Source of the DNA: Mobula hypostoma
Taxonomy: Eukaryota
DNA length: 60,000 nucleotides
Assembly: GCF_963921235.1 (NCBI RefSeq)
Contig: NC_086101.1
Coordinates: 11,038,001-11,098,000 of the forward strand
Direction: 5' to 3'
Shown here: positions 25,401-38,996 of the stretch, in pieces
Layout: every line of letters starts with the position of its first letter
Numbering within the stretch: position 1 is the stretch's first letter
Notes under the pieces: generated by a model
Databases searched by the model: none
Told to the model about the DNA's origin: nothing
The model's input: the letters and a program-made list of their open reading frames with translations, nothing else
Made by a program: the position numbers and the translations under genes

Positions 25401-26604
25401 ACTTCTATTTGATGTGATATTGGAAAAGTAGATAGTGTTCAAAAAGTTTCTAATCTTTAAATATCAAAAAAGTGTGATCTAGGCAAATTATACTTATTAG
25501 ACAACTGTTCAAAAGACATAAAACAGTCATCCATGAATAAATCACGAAAACATGTTATTCCCTTTGTTTTCCATAGAAAAAAAGCTTGGTGAATTCTAGA
25601 TGGTTGAAAGAAAAAATTAGATATAATAGAACGTGAAAGGATAAATTTGTTCAATCCCAAGAATTTATGAAATTGAAACCATATTCGTATTGCATGTTTA
25701 ATTATTGGAAGCAATATTATCAAAAAAAGAATTAGGGATAAAAATTGATGCCACCTGAAATAGATACAAACATTTAGTTAAAATAATCATCTTAATCGTA
25801 TTAATTCGACCAACCAAAGATAAAGACAAAGGGGACCATTTAGCAAACAGTTGTTTAACATGATCGATTAGGGGTAAAAAATTAATTTTAAATAGATCCT
25901 TGTGCTTCTTAGTAATTTTAACACCCAAATAAGTAAAATAATCAGCAACTAACCTAAATGGTAATTGTCTATAATTTGGAACTTGCATATTTAATGGGAA
26001 AAGCACACTCTTATTAGGATTCAATTTATAACCAGAAAAACTACTACACTGAGCAAATAATGTTATTACTGCGGGGATGCATTTCTCTGGGTTAGAGATG
26101 TAGAGTAACAGGTCATCTGCATATAGTGATACTTTATGTGTTCCATTCCCACAAATAATGCCAAATATATTAGGTGAGTCACGAATAGCAATTGCCAAAG
26201 GCTCCAGGGCAATATCAAAAAGTAAAGGACTTAAAGGACAGCCCTGTCTAGTACCTCGAAAAAGCCTAAAATACGGCCATCTCTGATTATTGGTAAATAC
26301 AGCAGCCAGAGGTGTACGATATATCAGTTGAATACAGGATATAAATTTTGAGCTAAAATTAAATTTCTCAAGTATATCAAATTAATATTCCCATTCAATT
26401 CTGTCAAATGCTTTCTCGGCGTCAAGCAAAATAACACATGCTAGAGTTTTAACTGAAGTAGTGTATACAATGTTCATTAGCCTCCTAACATTAAAATGTG
26501 AGTAATGCTTTTTAATAAATCCTGTCTGATCTTCAGAGACAATTTATGATAGCACGTTCTCTATTCTAGTTGCTAATATTTTGGAAAAGATTTATATTTT
26601 GGAA
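22491..26604 (-). mobile_element. 5'-truncated L1-clade LINE, interrupted by a CR1
   Basis: KVSLYADDLLLYISNP, FSGYKLN, GTRQGCPLSP, MFWSCP; A-rich tail at ~22491-22515. Confidence 0.88.
23176..25089 (+). mobile_element. 5'-truncated CR1 LINE inserted in the L1
   Basis: RT ORFs 23113..24024 and 24028..25005 separated by a single in-frame stop; (GTTTCTATG)x3 tail. Confidence 0.93.
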
Positions 26605-27748
26605 AAGAATTATATGTTGGACCCGGAGGCTGGTGGGGTGGTAGGTGAGGACAAGGGGAACCCTATTCCTGGTGGGGTGGCGGAAGGATGGAGTGAGAGC
26701 AGATGTGCGTGAAATGGGGGAGATGCGTTTGAGAGCAGAGTTGATGGTGGAGGAAGGGAAGCCCCTTTCTTTAAAAAAGGAAGACATCTCCTTTGTACTG
26801 GAATGAAAAGCCTCATCCTGAGAGCAGATACGGTGGAGACGGAGGAATTGCGAGAAAGGGATGGCATTTTTGCAAGAGACAGGGTGGGAAGAGGAATAGT
26901 CCATGTAGCTGTGAGAGTCTGTAGGCGTTCTTAAAATCATTGAAAAGATTCAGAGCATGAGAAGTGTCACGAACATAGGTGGGAAGGGTTTGAACAAGGG
27001 GAGATAAAACAGTGTCGAGGAATGCAGAAATGAGTTCGGTGGGGCAAGAGCAAGCTGAAACAATGGGTTGACTTGGACAGGCAGGTTTGTGGATGTTGGA
27101 TAGGAGGTAGAAATGGGAAGTGCAGGGTTTGGGAACTATGAGGTTGGTGGTAGTGGATGGGAGATCCCCAGAGCCAATTTGGTTGGTAATGGTGTGGGAG
27201 ACAATGGCCTGGTGCAAAAAGGTTGGTGATGGTGTGGGAGGCAATGGCCTGGTGCAGAAATGAGTTTGGTGGGGCAGGAGCCTTGTTGCTTGAATTTCCA
27301 GTATCTGCAGATTTACTCATGTTTGCAAATATCCCCCGAACATTTGCCACATTTCTTCCATACATTTCCCTGGGAGCAGCTGTTTCCAATTTATGCTTCC
27401 AAGCTCCTGCCTGATAGCCTCATATTTCCCCTTACTCCAATTAAACGTTTCCCTAGCTTGCCTGTTCCTATCCCTCTCCAATGCTATGGTAAAGGAAATA
27501 GAATTGTGATCACTATCTCCAAAATGCTCTCCCACTGAGAGACCTGACACCTGACCAGGTTCATTTCCCAGTATAAGATCAAGTACAGCCTCTCTTCTTG
27601 TAGGCTTATCTACATATTGTGTCAAGAAACCCTCCAGAACACATTTAATAAACTCTACCCCATCTGAACCCCTCACTCAAGGGAGATGCCAATCAATTTT
27701 TGTGAAATTAAAATCTCTCCCCACCACAACTCTGTTATTATTACTCCT

Positions 27749-30700
27749 CCAGGACTCCGCCTTCCGCCTGTGGACGTGTAAGACACAGTGTCTTTCTGTC
27801 TGCCTTTAATTTCTCCCTTTCCCGACTTAAACATTGAAATTTTAACTTCATTCAGTCGGACCTTGCAGAGTGATAATTATAGTTATGGCTACCGTGAGAA
27901 GCACTAAAAGGAATCCCGATACAGGTAATGGTAAACCTAAAAAAACTGACGAAGTTGCAGAGGAGCCAGCCTGGGTTAATAGATTAGAGACTCAAATGAG
28001 CTCTATTGTTGCTGAATTAACTCAACTAAAAGAAAGTCTTCCCTTTGGAGGAAAAAAATTGATTCTTTGAGCTTGGATCTTAAAGAGGTAACTCGCAATG
28101 TGGCTGATATTTCTTCTCGTCTGGAAAAGGCTCAACGAATTGTTGATTTGGAATCTTGCTCTCGTCGGAACAATATTCGAATTATTGGATTGAAAGAGAA
28201 ATCAGAATCAGTCAACACACTGGACTATTTTGCTAAAATGTTTCAATCTCTATTTCCCGAGGCTTTTCTACAATTGCCTGACATTGAAATAGCTCATAGG
28301 GTTGGAACTTCGGGACAAGGTAAAAACAGGCATGTTATTGTGCGTTTTCTTCATTTTCGAGACAATGACCATATTGATTAAGCTGGCAAGAAAACAAAGA
28401 CTGCTTAAATTTCAAGGCTCTGAGATTCGTTTCTTTCAAGATTTTCTGCATGAAATTGTTCAGAAACGTTCTAGATTCGCTGCCATAATGCGTATGGCTT
28501 TTCAAAGACGGATGTATCCCTTTCTTCAATACCCAGCTAAATTAAGACTTTTCGCTAAAGACTCGGTTAGTATTTTTGAGGACCCAACCGATGTATCGCG
28601 TTTTATTAATTCTCTCCCTGGTGAGTCTGAAGCCTGAAGTTTAAAGGATTTACAATTGTTTGATCATTTTGTGATATAAGGAATGATGAGATTGGAAGAA
28701 TTAAGGAGTATAGAAAGTCTTGGTATTAAAATGTACCTTTATCTTTGAAATAGACTGGTTTGGACATTTTTAATTTTAGAAGATATCGTATGGAATCTGT
28801 TGACAGACAATAGAAACTTTAAATCATTTAGAATTTTTTTCTGTTTGCTACATTTATGAACTAATTGTTCTTTTTGCTTTGTATGTTTTTGTTAAGAAAT
28901 TTTAACTTACTATTCGGGTTTTTTTCATGTTTTATAGTTAGATGTAATAAGTTAAAGATGGCGATTATTTTTTCTTCTGAGCAAATATTTCAAGAATTTG
29001 TTTTGGACATCTTGTTTTTTTTCTTATCTAATGTTATGAAGCATACTTTCTAAACTGAAGGTCATTCCTGTTAACTGTTTTTACTAATTTAATTGCAATG
29101 GGTGGTATGTCGACCGTAATGAGTTGTATACTCGGGAGAGGGAGACAGATTACCTTTTTTCATCTGTATCTTTTATTTAGGTAGGTGGAGTTCAGAATCG
29201 CTTCTTATGCATTCTTTGGGGCTTGTGTCGATAGATATCGACTTATTTCTGGACTTTGTAGGTTGGGTGGGTTTTTTCTTTTTTCTATTTCTATTTTTTA
29301 ATCCCATTATGGAATTCCAGAGCGTATGCAAATTGTTATTATTGTTGCTTATTACCGCCGTTCACAACTATCATCCTGACATGCACCTAATTGTTTTCTT
29401 TAGATATAAAGTTTCATGATGTTATTTAAACAGTTAAATGTTTTAAGTTGGAATGTCCGTGGTTGGAATCATCCTATTAAGGTAAGAACACATTTAAAAT
29501 TATTAACCGATTCTAACCTGACATAATTTTTGTACAAGAGACACATGTCAGGTTATGTGATAAAAGTCGATTTTTTAAATTTTGGAAGGAACTTCAGATT
29601 CACGCAAACTCTCAAAGTATAATTAGGGGTGTTTCCATTTTCATTGATTCTAATATTCCCTTTAATCAGGAGGATTTAATCTGATATTAATGGTAGAATT
29701 TTGATTGTTAAAGGAACAATTTACAATAAGAAAATGGTTTTGGTTAAGATATATGGACCAAATGCTGATGATCCTTCATTTTTTTAAAGATGTTTTCACT
29801 CTATTAACTGATTTAAATAAATATGTTAATAATGGGTGGAGATTTTAATACTTGCTTAAATCCTTTATTAGTTAAGTCATCATCTAGACATCAACTCCCT
29901 AATCGCTCTGCATCACTTATTAATTCCTTTTTAATTGATTATGGTTTAATTGAAGTCTGGAGACATATGCATCCCAGCGATAGAGAATATTCCTTTATTT
30001 CACGTGTTCATAACAAATATTCGAGAATTGACAATTTACAGCCAACCCTTGACTTTCATTTAATGTTCAGAAATGTGAATATGATGCAATTGTTATTTCT
30101 GATAATGCTCCCTTAAATTTAATATTTGATTTGAAAGATGTTGTTTCTACAAGACCACCTTGGCGTTTTCCAGAACATTTGTTACAAAGTGCGGATTTTG
30201 TTGAGTTTATTGAAACTCAGATAAGAGTTTTTTCTCTTTAATAATACAGGAACCGTCTCAAAGTTAGTAATTTGGGATACGTTAAAAGCTTATTTACGTG
30301 GTCAGATTATTTCTTATTTAACTAAGTTCAAAAAACAGACAAGAATGGAATTAGATAAAATTGCTAAACAAATTAAAGATTTAGATAATATCAACGCAAT
30401 CTTTCCAAATGTTGATGTGTTTAAAAGAAGAGTGGAATTACAATCACAATATAAATTATTATTAACCTATTGAAGGATATTTGTTTAAATTAAAAAGTCA
30501 GTTTTATATTATTGGGGATAAAAATAATAGGCTCTTAGCTTCCCAATTAAGGGCTGCTAGAGCTAAAAGACAAATTTTAAAGATTCGTAAAGATAATGGA
30601 GATATAGTAAGTAAACATGAAGACATTAATAATATTTTTCAGGATTTTTATTCTGATCTTTATAAATCTGTTTCCTGCAGATCCCTCCAAAATGAAGTCT

Positions 30701-33495
30701 TTTTTAGATAAGATTAAATTTCCTCAAATTACTGTTGAAGATCAACAGATCCTTGATGCTCCAATTGTTGAGCATGAAATTCAGAAAGCTATATGGTCAA
30801 TGCAATCAGGTAAAGCTCCTGGACTCGATGGTTATTCGGTAGGATTTTACAAAAAATTTGAAAAATAACTTTCTCCATACCTTTTGGAAATATTTCATAA
30901 ATCTTTTGAGAAAGGTAATTTACCTTCTTTATATGTAGCTTCTATTTCTTTAATCCTTAAGAAAGATAAAGATCCTACTGAATGCTCATCTTATAGACCT
31001 ATTTCATTATTAAATTTGGATGCTAAATTTCTTTCTAAGATAACGGGTAATCGTTTGGAAAACATTTTATCTAAAATTATCTCTATGGATCAAACAGGCT
31101 TTATTAGAGACCATTATTCTTTTTCTAATATTCGAAGATTGATGAACATCATATATTCACCATTATCCAAAACACCCCAATGTGTTATTTCTCTGGGTGC
31201 AGAAAAGGCATTTGATAGAGTTGAATGGACTTATTTGTTTAATGTATTAGAGAAATTTGGCTTTGGTAATAATTTTAATAAGTGGATTCAAATGACATAT
31301 AAGCACCGTATCGCTACCGTTATTGCCAATAATCTCAGGTCTCCTGTTTTTTCACTCTCATAAGGTACTCGACAAGGGTGTCCATTAAGTCCTTTATTAT
31401 TTAATCTCGTACTGGAGCCTTTGGTTATAATAATTTGTGAAGCTAAAAACATTCATGGTATCTCTATAAATGGGACCATACATAAGATCTCTCTTTATGC
31501 AGATGATCTTTTGGTTTATATTTTAAATCCTGAAGAATCTATTCCTAAACTATTGGAATTATTAAATGATTTTGGAAATTTTTCAGGATATAAACTTAAT
31601 TTAAGTAAAAGTGAATTGTTCTCTTTAAATGTTCCTGTTTTTATATATAATGATATTCCATTTACAATTGTAAATTCTTTTCAATACTTGGGTATTATCA
31701 TTACAAAAAAATAAAGATCTTTATAAAGCTAATGTAGTTCCTTTATTGGACTCTACGAAACAATTATTTTCCAGATGGAATCCTCTTACACTTTCTTAAA
31801 TAGGTCGTATTCATGCCATGAAAATTATGATTTTACCTAGAGTTTTATATATTTTTCAAAATATACCAATTTTTCTAACTAATAATTGTTTTTGATCAAA
31901 TTTATTTGGAATAATAAAAAACCAAGAGTTAATAAGTTTCATTTACAAAAATCCAAAAAAGATGGTGGACTTGCGCTACCTAATTTAAGATTGTATTATT
32001 GGGCTGTTAATATTCGACAACTATGTTGTTGGTTATATTGGCTCGATAAGAGCCAAAAACCAGCCTGGATTGATTTGGAATTAAAAGCTATTAAACAATT
32101 TCATTTAACTTCATTATTAGGAGCTCCATTACCTTTACAACTTGCTAAAATTCCCAGTTTAAATCTCTACCCTGTTATTAAACAGTCCTTGAGGATTTGG
32201 TTTCAGTTTCGCAACTCTTTTAATTTTAAACAATTTAGATTGTCTAGCCCTGTATTTTGAAATTTGCTATTTAAACCTTCAATTACTGATCCCATTTTTC
32301 TTTTATGGAGAAATAAGGGGATCTGTTCTTTTGCAGATTTATTTGGTGATGGTCGATTGATGTCTTTTGAAGAGTTAATTAGCAAATATTCTCTCTCCCA
32401 TACATATTTCTTGCAATATTTTCAGGTTAGACATTTCTTACAAAAATATGTTTCTACGTTTCCATATATGCAAGAATCTGATTTGTTGGATTCTATTTTG
32501 AATATGAATCCTTTAGTGAGAGGTTCCATTGGTAGAATTTATAATTTGTTTTTACTGCAAAAAGATAACCTCTCACGAAAGATTAAACAAGATTGGGAGA
32601 GAGAACTTAATATGACTTTTGTTAACGAAGATTGGTTGCGAGTTCTGAAAATGGCTAATTCTTCTTCGATATGTGCCAATCATTGTTTAATTCAATTTAG
32701 AATTGTTCACCCTTAATATTTAACAATGGAGAGGCTATCTAAAATATTTCCTAATATAGATAATTATTGTGATAGGTGTAAAAATGAAGTAGCTACTTTG
32801 TTACATATGTTCTGGTCATGTTCCTCATTGAAATATTTTTGGAAATCTTTATTTTCTACAATTTCTAAAGCTTTGAAAATTAATTTATAACCTAATACAT
32901 TGACTGTTCTATTTGGAATAGTTCCCCATCATATTCAGGGTATTTCATTTTCAAACCAACATGCAATTGCATTCGTTACATTGTTGGCAAGGAGGGCTAT
33001 TTTATTGAAATGGAAAGATCCCTCTGCTCCTACACTAATTCAATCATTTCCCCAAGTAATGTTATGCCTTAGTTTGGAAAAAATTAGAAGTAGAACTTTT
33101 GATCCCCGATTCGATTTTGAGAGAAGGTGGGGCTCTTTTGCCAAATATTATCATTTAATTTGAATTAATTTATATGGTTTCCTTCCAGTTTTATGTTATA
33201 TAAATGTGATTTGGCAGTTGTTGTTTTTTCTTCTTTTATATATCTAGATGATTGTAAGATGTATTGCTCCGGGAGTTGGTTCCTAATGAGTTTTTTTTTC
33301 TTTTGTAGTTAGTAGGGATTTTTTTTAGTCAGTTGGGGTTCCCTTTTTCCCTTCCGTTTCTTATAAAAAAATTTTCATTAGCATATATCTTTTTTCAGCT
33401 TTATTAATTATATAGATACTAATTTGTTGAACTTTTGTATTTTATAACTGTAGAAGATTATATATCAATAAAAAAGATTTTAGAAATGAAATGAA
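27749..33495 (+). mobile_element. Full-length L1-clade LINE (ORF1, spacer, ORF2), inactivated
   Basis: ORF1 DLESCSRRNNIRIIGL; ORF2 SWNV/QETH/GGDFN/SRID, YRPISLLN, YADD, CDRC...HMFWSC; AATAAA and (GAAAT)n tail; 12-bp TSD ATTATTACTCCT at 27737-27748 and 33496-33507. Confidence 0.93.
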
Positions 33496-33859
33496 ATTAT
33501 TACTCCTTTCCAGAATCAGTCTCCCTATCAGCTCCTCGATGTCCCTGTTACTATTGGGAAGTCTATAAAAAACACCCAGCAGAGTTATTGACACCTTCCT
33601 ATTCCTAACTTCCACCCACAGAGACTCTGTAGACAACCCCTCCATGACTCCCTCCTTTTGTGCAGCCGTGACACTATCTCTGATCAACGGTGCCATGCCC
33701 CCACCTTTTTTGTCTCCTTTGCTATCCTTTCTGAAACATCTAAAGCCTGGCACTTGTGAAGAATCCATTCCTGCCCCTGCACCATCTAATCTCTGTAATG
33801 GCCACAACATCATAGCTCCAAGTGCTGATCCACACTCTAAGCTCATCCGCTTTATTCAT

Positions 33860-35291
33860 AGAACATAGAATAGTACGGCACAGTACAGGCCCTTCAGCCC
33901 ACAATGTTGTTCTGACCCTCAAACCCTGCCTTCCATATAACCCCCAACTTAAATTCCTCTATATACCTGTCTAGTAGTCTCGTAAATTTCACTAGTGTAT
34001 CTGCCTCCACCACTGACTCAGGCAGTGCATTCCATGCACCAACCACTCTCTGAGTAAAAAACCTTCCTCTAATATTCCCCTTGAACTTCCCACCCATTAC
34101 CTTAAAGCCATGTCCTCCTGTATTGAGCAGTGGTGCCCTGAGGAAGAGGCGCTGGCTATCCACTCTATCTATTCCTCTTAATATCTTATATAACTCTATC
34201 ATGTCTCCTCTCATTCTCCTTCTCTCCAAAGAGTAAAGCCCTAGCTCCCTTAATCTCTGATCATAATCCATACTCTCTAAACCAGGCAGCATCCTGGTGA
34301 ATCTCCTCTGTACTCTTTCCAATGCTTGCACATCCTTCTTATAGTGAGGCGACCAGAACTGGACACAGTATTCCAAGTGTGGCCTAACCAGAGTTTTATA
34401 GAGCTGCATCATTACCTTGCGACTCTTAAACTTTATCCCTCGACTTATGAAAGCTAAAGTAGACAACGAGGACATAAAGATCTTAGCCAGAGGTTTAGCA
34501 ATCTCTTCCCTCGCCTCATGGAGCAGCCTGGGGAATATACCGTCAGGCCCCAGGGACTTATCCATCGTAATGTATTTGAACAACTCCAACACCTCCTCTC
34601 CCTTAATATCAAAATGCTCCAGAACAGCAACCTTACTCATACTGTCCTCACCCACATCAAGTTCCCTCTCATTGGTGAATACCGAAGAGAAGTATTCATT
34701 GAGGACCTCGCTCACTTCCACAGCCTCCAGGCACATCTTCCCACCTTCATCTCTAATTGGTCCTATCTTCACTCCTGTCATCCTTTTGTTCTTCAGATAA
34801 CTGAAGAATGCCTTTGGGTTTTCCTTTACCCTATTCGCCAAGGCCTTCTCATGCCCCCTTCTTGCTCTTCTCAGCCCCTTCTTTGGCTCCTTTCTTGCTA
34901 CCCTATATTCCTCAATAGACCTATCTGATCCTTGCTTCCTAAACCTCATGTATGCTGCCTTCTTCCACCTGACTAGATTTTCCACCTCACTTGTCACTCA
35001 TTCTCCCTTCAGCCTACCATTCTTTATCTTCGTCAACGGGACAAATTTATCCCTAACATCCTGCAAGAGATCTCTAAACATCGACCACATGTCCATAGTA
35101 CATTTCCCTGCAAAAACATCATCCCAATTCACACCCGCAAGTTCTAGCCTTATAGCCTCATAATTTGCCCTTCCCCAATTACAAATTTTCCTGTCCTCTC
35201 TGATTCTATCCTTTTCCATGAAAATGCTAAAGGCCAGGGAGTGGTGGTCACTGTCCCCCAGATGCTCACCCACTGAGAGATCTATGACCTG
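33860..35291 (-). mobile_element. CR1 LINE (same subfamily as 9555-13880), 5'-truncated with internal RT deletion
   Basis: ORF 33894..34997 jumps from 'FMSSLS' to 'LAFISRGI' at ~34458; CATA present at both junctions. Confidence 0.88.
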
Positions 35292-36624
35292 CATAATACC
35301 ACTTGCATTAAAATAGACACATCTCACACCATCGGTCTGACTGCGTCCCTTCTCAGTCACCTGACTATCCTGCCTTTCGCGCTGTCTCCAAGCTTTCTCT
35401 ATTTGTGAGCCAACCTCCCTTTCCCCCGTCACATCAGTTTGGGTTCCCATCCCCCCAGCAATTCTAGTTTAAATTCTCCGCAATAGCCTCAGCAAACCTC
35501 CCAGGATATTGGTCCCCCTCCAATTCAAGTGCAACCCATCCTTTTTGTATAGGTCACACCTGTCCAAGAAGAGGTCCCAATGATCCAGAAATCTGAATCC
35601 CTGCCTTCTGCTCCAATCCCTCAACCACGCTTTTATCCTCCACCCCATTCTATTTCTATAGTTACTGTCACATGGCACAGGCAGTAATCCTGAGATTACT
35701 ACCTTTGAGGTCCTGCTTCTCAACTTCTTTCCTAACTCCCTGTAGTCTGCTTTCAGGACCTCCACCCTTTTCCTACCCATGTCGTTGGTACCAATATGTA
35801 CCACCACCTCTGGCTGTTAATTGGCTGCTGTAAATTCCCCGACTTTATTTGGCACACAAGAGTAATAAGTTTCTGGGGAAAATAACAGGGAAATGGAACA
35901 AAATTCACTGCTGTTGGATTCCACACAGACCCCCTGGGCCAAATGGCCTCCCCCCATAACAAATAAAATATGAGGTTTAGAAAATTCAAATCACACTTTA
36001 GTCAGAAAACAGGACATTAAGACAATCATCCCAAACAGTCTGTCGGTGTCCATGCTCCGTGCCATCCTCCTCTTCTCAGCACACAATATCCAGTTCATCT
36101 CAACCATCAATCTCCTGTATGAGTTTTTTAAAGACTTCCAAAAAGACCCCTCTCCCAACCACCAACTGAATCAATAAGCGATGGAAATATGAAATGTGCA
36201 ACAAGACAGCCCCGGGAAACACAAATAGCAAGAGTGAAAACGGAGGGAGGAGTGGGATCTCTCCAATGAGCTGTGCAGTTTGCCCCAACACCTAGACCCG
36301 GGAAGCCCCCACAGCCCTGCCAATGAGTTTCAGCACGGGGAACAGAAAGTTTCCCTCCTTCCTCCTTCCAGACAATTAGTGCCCGTCACAGTCTGAAAGC
36401 TCAGTCACACAGGAGGCGGAAGAGCAAGGCTTTAGAAATTAGGACCACAAAGAGGAGCGGCTACAGGATTGCCTCGAGTCAGCAGACTGGGCCCTGTTCA
36501 AGCACTTATTTGTAGATATCAATGAATACACTATGGTTGCGATGGAGTTTATAAAAAAAAATCAGCTGTGTCCCCACAAAATCTCTCAGATAACTCATGT
36601 TCTCAATATTTATTATTTATTTAT

Positions 36625-37065
36625 TATAAGACCATCAGATATAGGAGCAGAATTAGGCCATTTGGCCCATCTAGTCTGCTCCACTATTCAATCACGGCTG
36701 ATCCTCTTTTCCCTTCTTCAACCCCATTCCTCAGCCTTCTCCCCGTAACCTTTGATCCCATGGCCAATCAAGAACCTGTCAATCTCTGCCTTAAATACAC
36801 CCAACGACCTGGACTCCACAGCTGGGTGTGGTAATAAATTCCACAAATGGATCACCCTCTGGCTAAAGAAATTTCTCCACATCTCTGTTTTAAATGGGAA
36901 CTCCTCTATCCTGAGGCTGAACCCCCTTGTCCTCGAATTCCCCACCATGGGAAACACCCTTTCCACATCCACTCTGTCTTGGCCTTTCAACATTCAAAAG
37001 GTTTCAATGAAATACCCACTCATCCTTCTTCATTCCAGCAAGAACAGACCAAGAGCCATCAAACA
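36625..37065 (-). mobile_element. CR1 LINE 3' end
   Basis: ORF 36718..36993 (RNFFSQRVIHLWNLLP...GIKGYGEKA). Confidence 0.85.
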
Positions 37066-37980
37066 TCCTTTCTTTCTTTTGATATTTACACAGTTTTTTG
37101 TATTTTGCACACTGGTTCAATGCCCAATCGGTGTGTTCAACCAGTTATGATTATTACTCTCTGGTTTTATTGAATATGGACACTGGAAAATGAATCTCAG
37201 TGTTGTATATTGTGAAACATGTTCTTTGATAATAAATTTATTTTGAATTTTGAAAGCCACTGCTGTAAGTAAACAAACCCCAGGATCTATCCAGTCTTCA
37301 AAGAGAGATTGCAAAGGGAGTTGGAAAGGACATATAATAAGGGTAAAGTCACAATTGTAATGGGGAACTTCAATATGCAAGGGGTTTGGGAAAATCAGGT
37401 TGGTGACGGCTTGCAAGAGAGGGAATTTGTTGAATGCCCATGAGACGGCTTTTTAGAGCAGATTGTGCTTCAGTTTACAAGGGGAAAGGCTATCTTAGAT
37501 TGGATGTTATGTAATAATCCAGATTTTATTATGGAGCTTAAGGTAAAGTAATCCTTTGGAAGCAGAGATCATAATACGATTGAATTCATGCTGCAATTTG
37601 AGAAGGAGAAGCACAAATCAGATGTGTCAGTATTGCAATGGAATAAAGGGAATTACAGAAGCATGAGAGAGGAGCTTGCTCAGGTGGATTGGAGGGGGAT
37701 ACTGGCACGGATGACAGCAGAGCAGAGGTGGCTGATGTTTCTGGCAGTAGTTCACAAGGCACAGGATAGATACGTCCCACAGAAGAAGTAGTTCTGAAAT
37801 GGCAGTAGTAGTCAACTGTGGCTGGCAAGGGAAGTTAAGGACGGCATAAAAGCCAGGGAAGGGGCAAATGTGAGTGGGAAATTGGATGACTGGGAAGTTA
37901 AAATCCAACAAAAGGCAATTGAAAAATCCATAAGAAGGGAGAAGATGAAATATGAAACCAAACTAACCAATAACATAAAA

Positions 37981-38996
37981 GCAACACACATAAAAGTTGC
38001 TGGTGAACTCAGCAGGCCAGGCAGCATCTCTAGGAAGAGGTACAGTCGACATTTCGGGCCGAGACCCTTCGTCAGGACTAACTGAAGGAAGAGCTAGTAA
38101 GAGATTTGGAAGTGGGAGGGGGAGGGGGGAGATCCAGAATGATAGGAGAAGACAGGAGGGGGAGGGATGGAGCTAAGAGCTGGACAGGTGATTGGCAAAA
38201 GGGATGTGAGAGGATCATGGGACAGGAGGCCTAGGGAGAAAGAAAAGGGGGAGGGGGAAACCCGGAGGATGGGCAAGGGGTATGGTGAGGGGGACAGAGG
38301 GAGAAAAAGGAGAGAGAGAAAAAGAATGTGTGTATATAAATAATAACGGATGGGGGTACAAGGGGGAGGTGGGGCATTAGCGGAAGTTAGAGAAGTCAAT
38401 GTTCATGCCATCAAATTGGAGGATACCCAGACAGAATATAAGGTGTTGTTCCTCCAACCTGAGTGTGGCTTCATCTTTACAGTAGAGGAGGCCGTGGATA
38501 GACATATCAGAATGGGAATGGGACGGGGAATTAAAATGTGTGGCCATTGGGAGATCCTGCTTTCTCTGGTGGACAGAGCGTAGATGTTCATTGAAACAAT
38601 CTGCCAGTCTGCGTCGGGTCTCGCCAATATATAGAAGGCCACATCAGGAGCACCGGACGCAGTATATCACCCCAGCTGAGTCACAGGTGACGTGTCGCCT
38701 CACCTGGAAGGACTGGGGGGCCCTGAGTGGTAGTGAGGGAGGAAGTGTAAGGGCATGTGTAGCACTTGTTCCGCTAACAAGGATCAGTGCCAGGAGGGAG
38801 ATCGGTGGGAAGGGATGCGGGGCGGGGGGGGGGGGGGAAACGACGAATAGACAAGGGACTCACATAGGGATCGATCCTTGCGGAAAGCGGAGTCCGGGGT
38901 GGAGGGAAAGGTGTGCTTAGTGGTGGGATGCTATTGGAGGTGGCGGAAGTTACAGAGAATTATATGTTGAACCGGGAGGCTGGTGGGGTGGTAGGT
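37981..38996 (-). mobile_element. Penelope-like element, 5'-truncated
   Basis: Colinear with 5297-6320; hammerhead 38044-38079; TSD-like ACATAAA(A)GCA at 37973-37983 and 38997-39006. Confidence 0.88.

Larger units (their letters stand above)
21538..27324 (-). mobile_element. Penelope-like element with ~18-bp TSD, interrupted by an L1 (own sequence 21538-22490 and 26605-27324)
   Basis: GIY-YIG ORF 21946..22263; RT fragments 26605-27240; hammerhead 21598-21633; flanks GCAAATATCCCCCCAAACA and GCAAATATCCCCCGAACA. Confidence 0.88.
19325..35810 (-). mobile_element. Host CR1 LINE present as colinear pieces (~19325-19368, 19965-21538, 27325-27748, 33496-33859, 35292-35810)
   Basis: The pieces join in order: tail, RT, linker, APE, ORF1 esterase (HIGTND, 35469-35807). 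Three junctions carry duplicated sequence. Confidence 0.8.
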
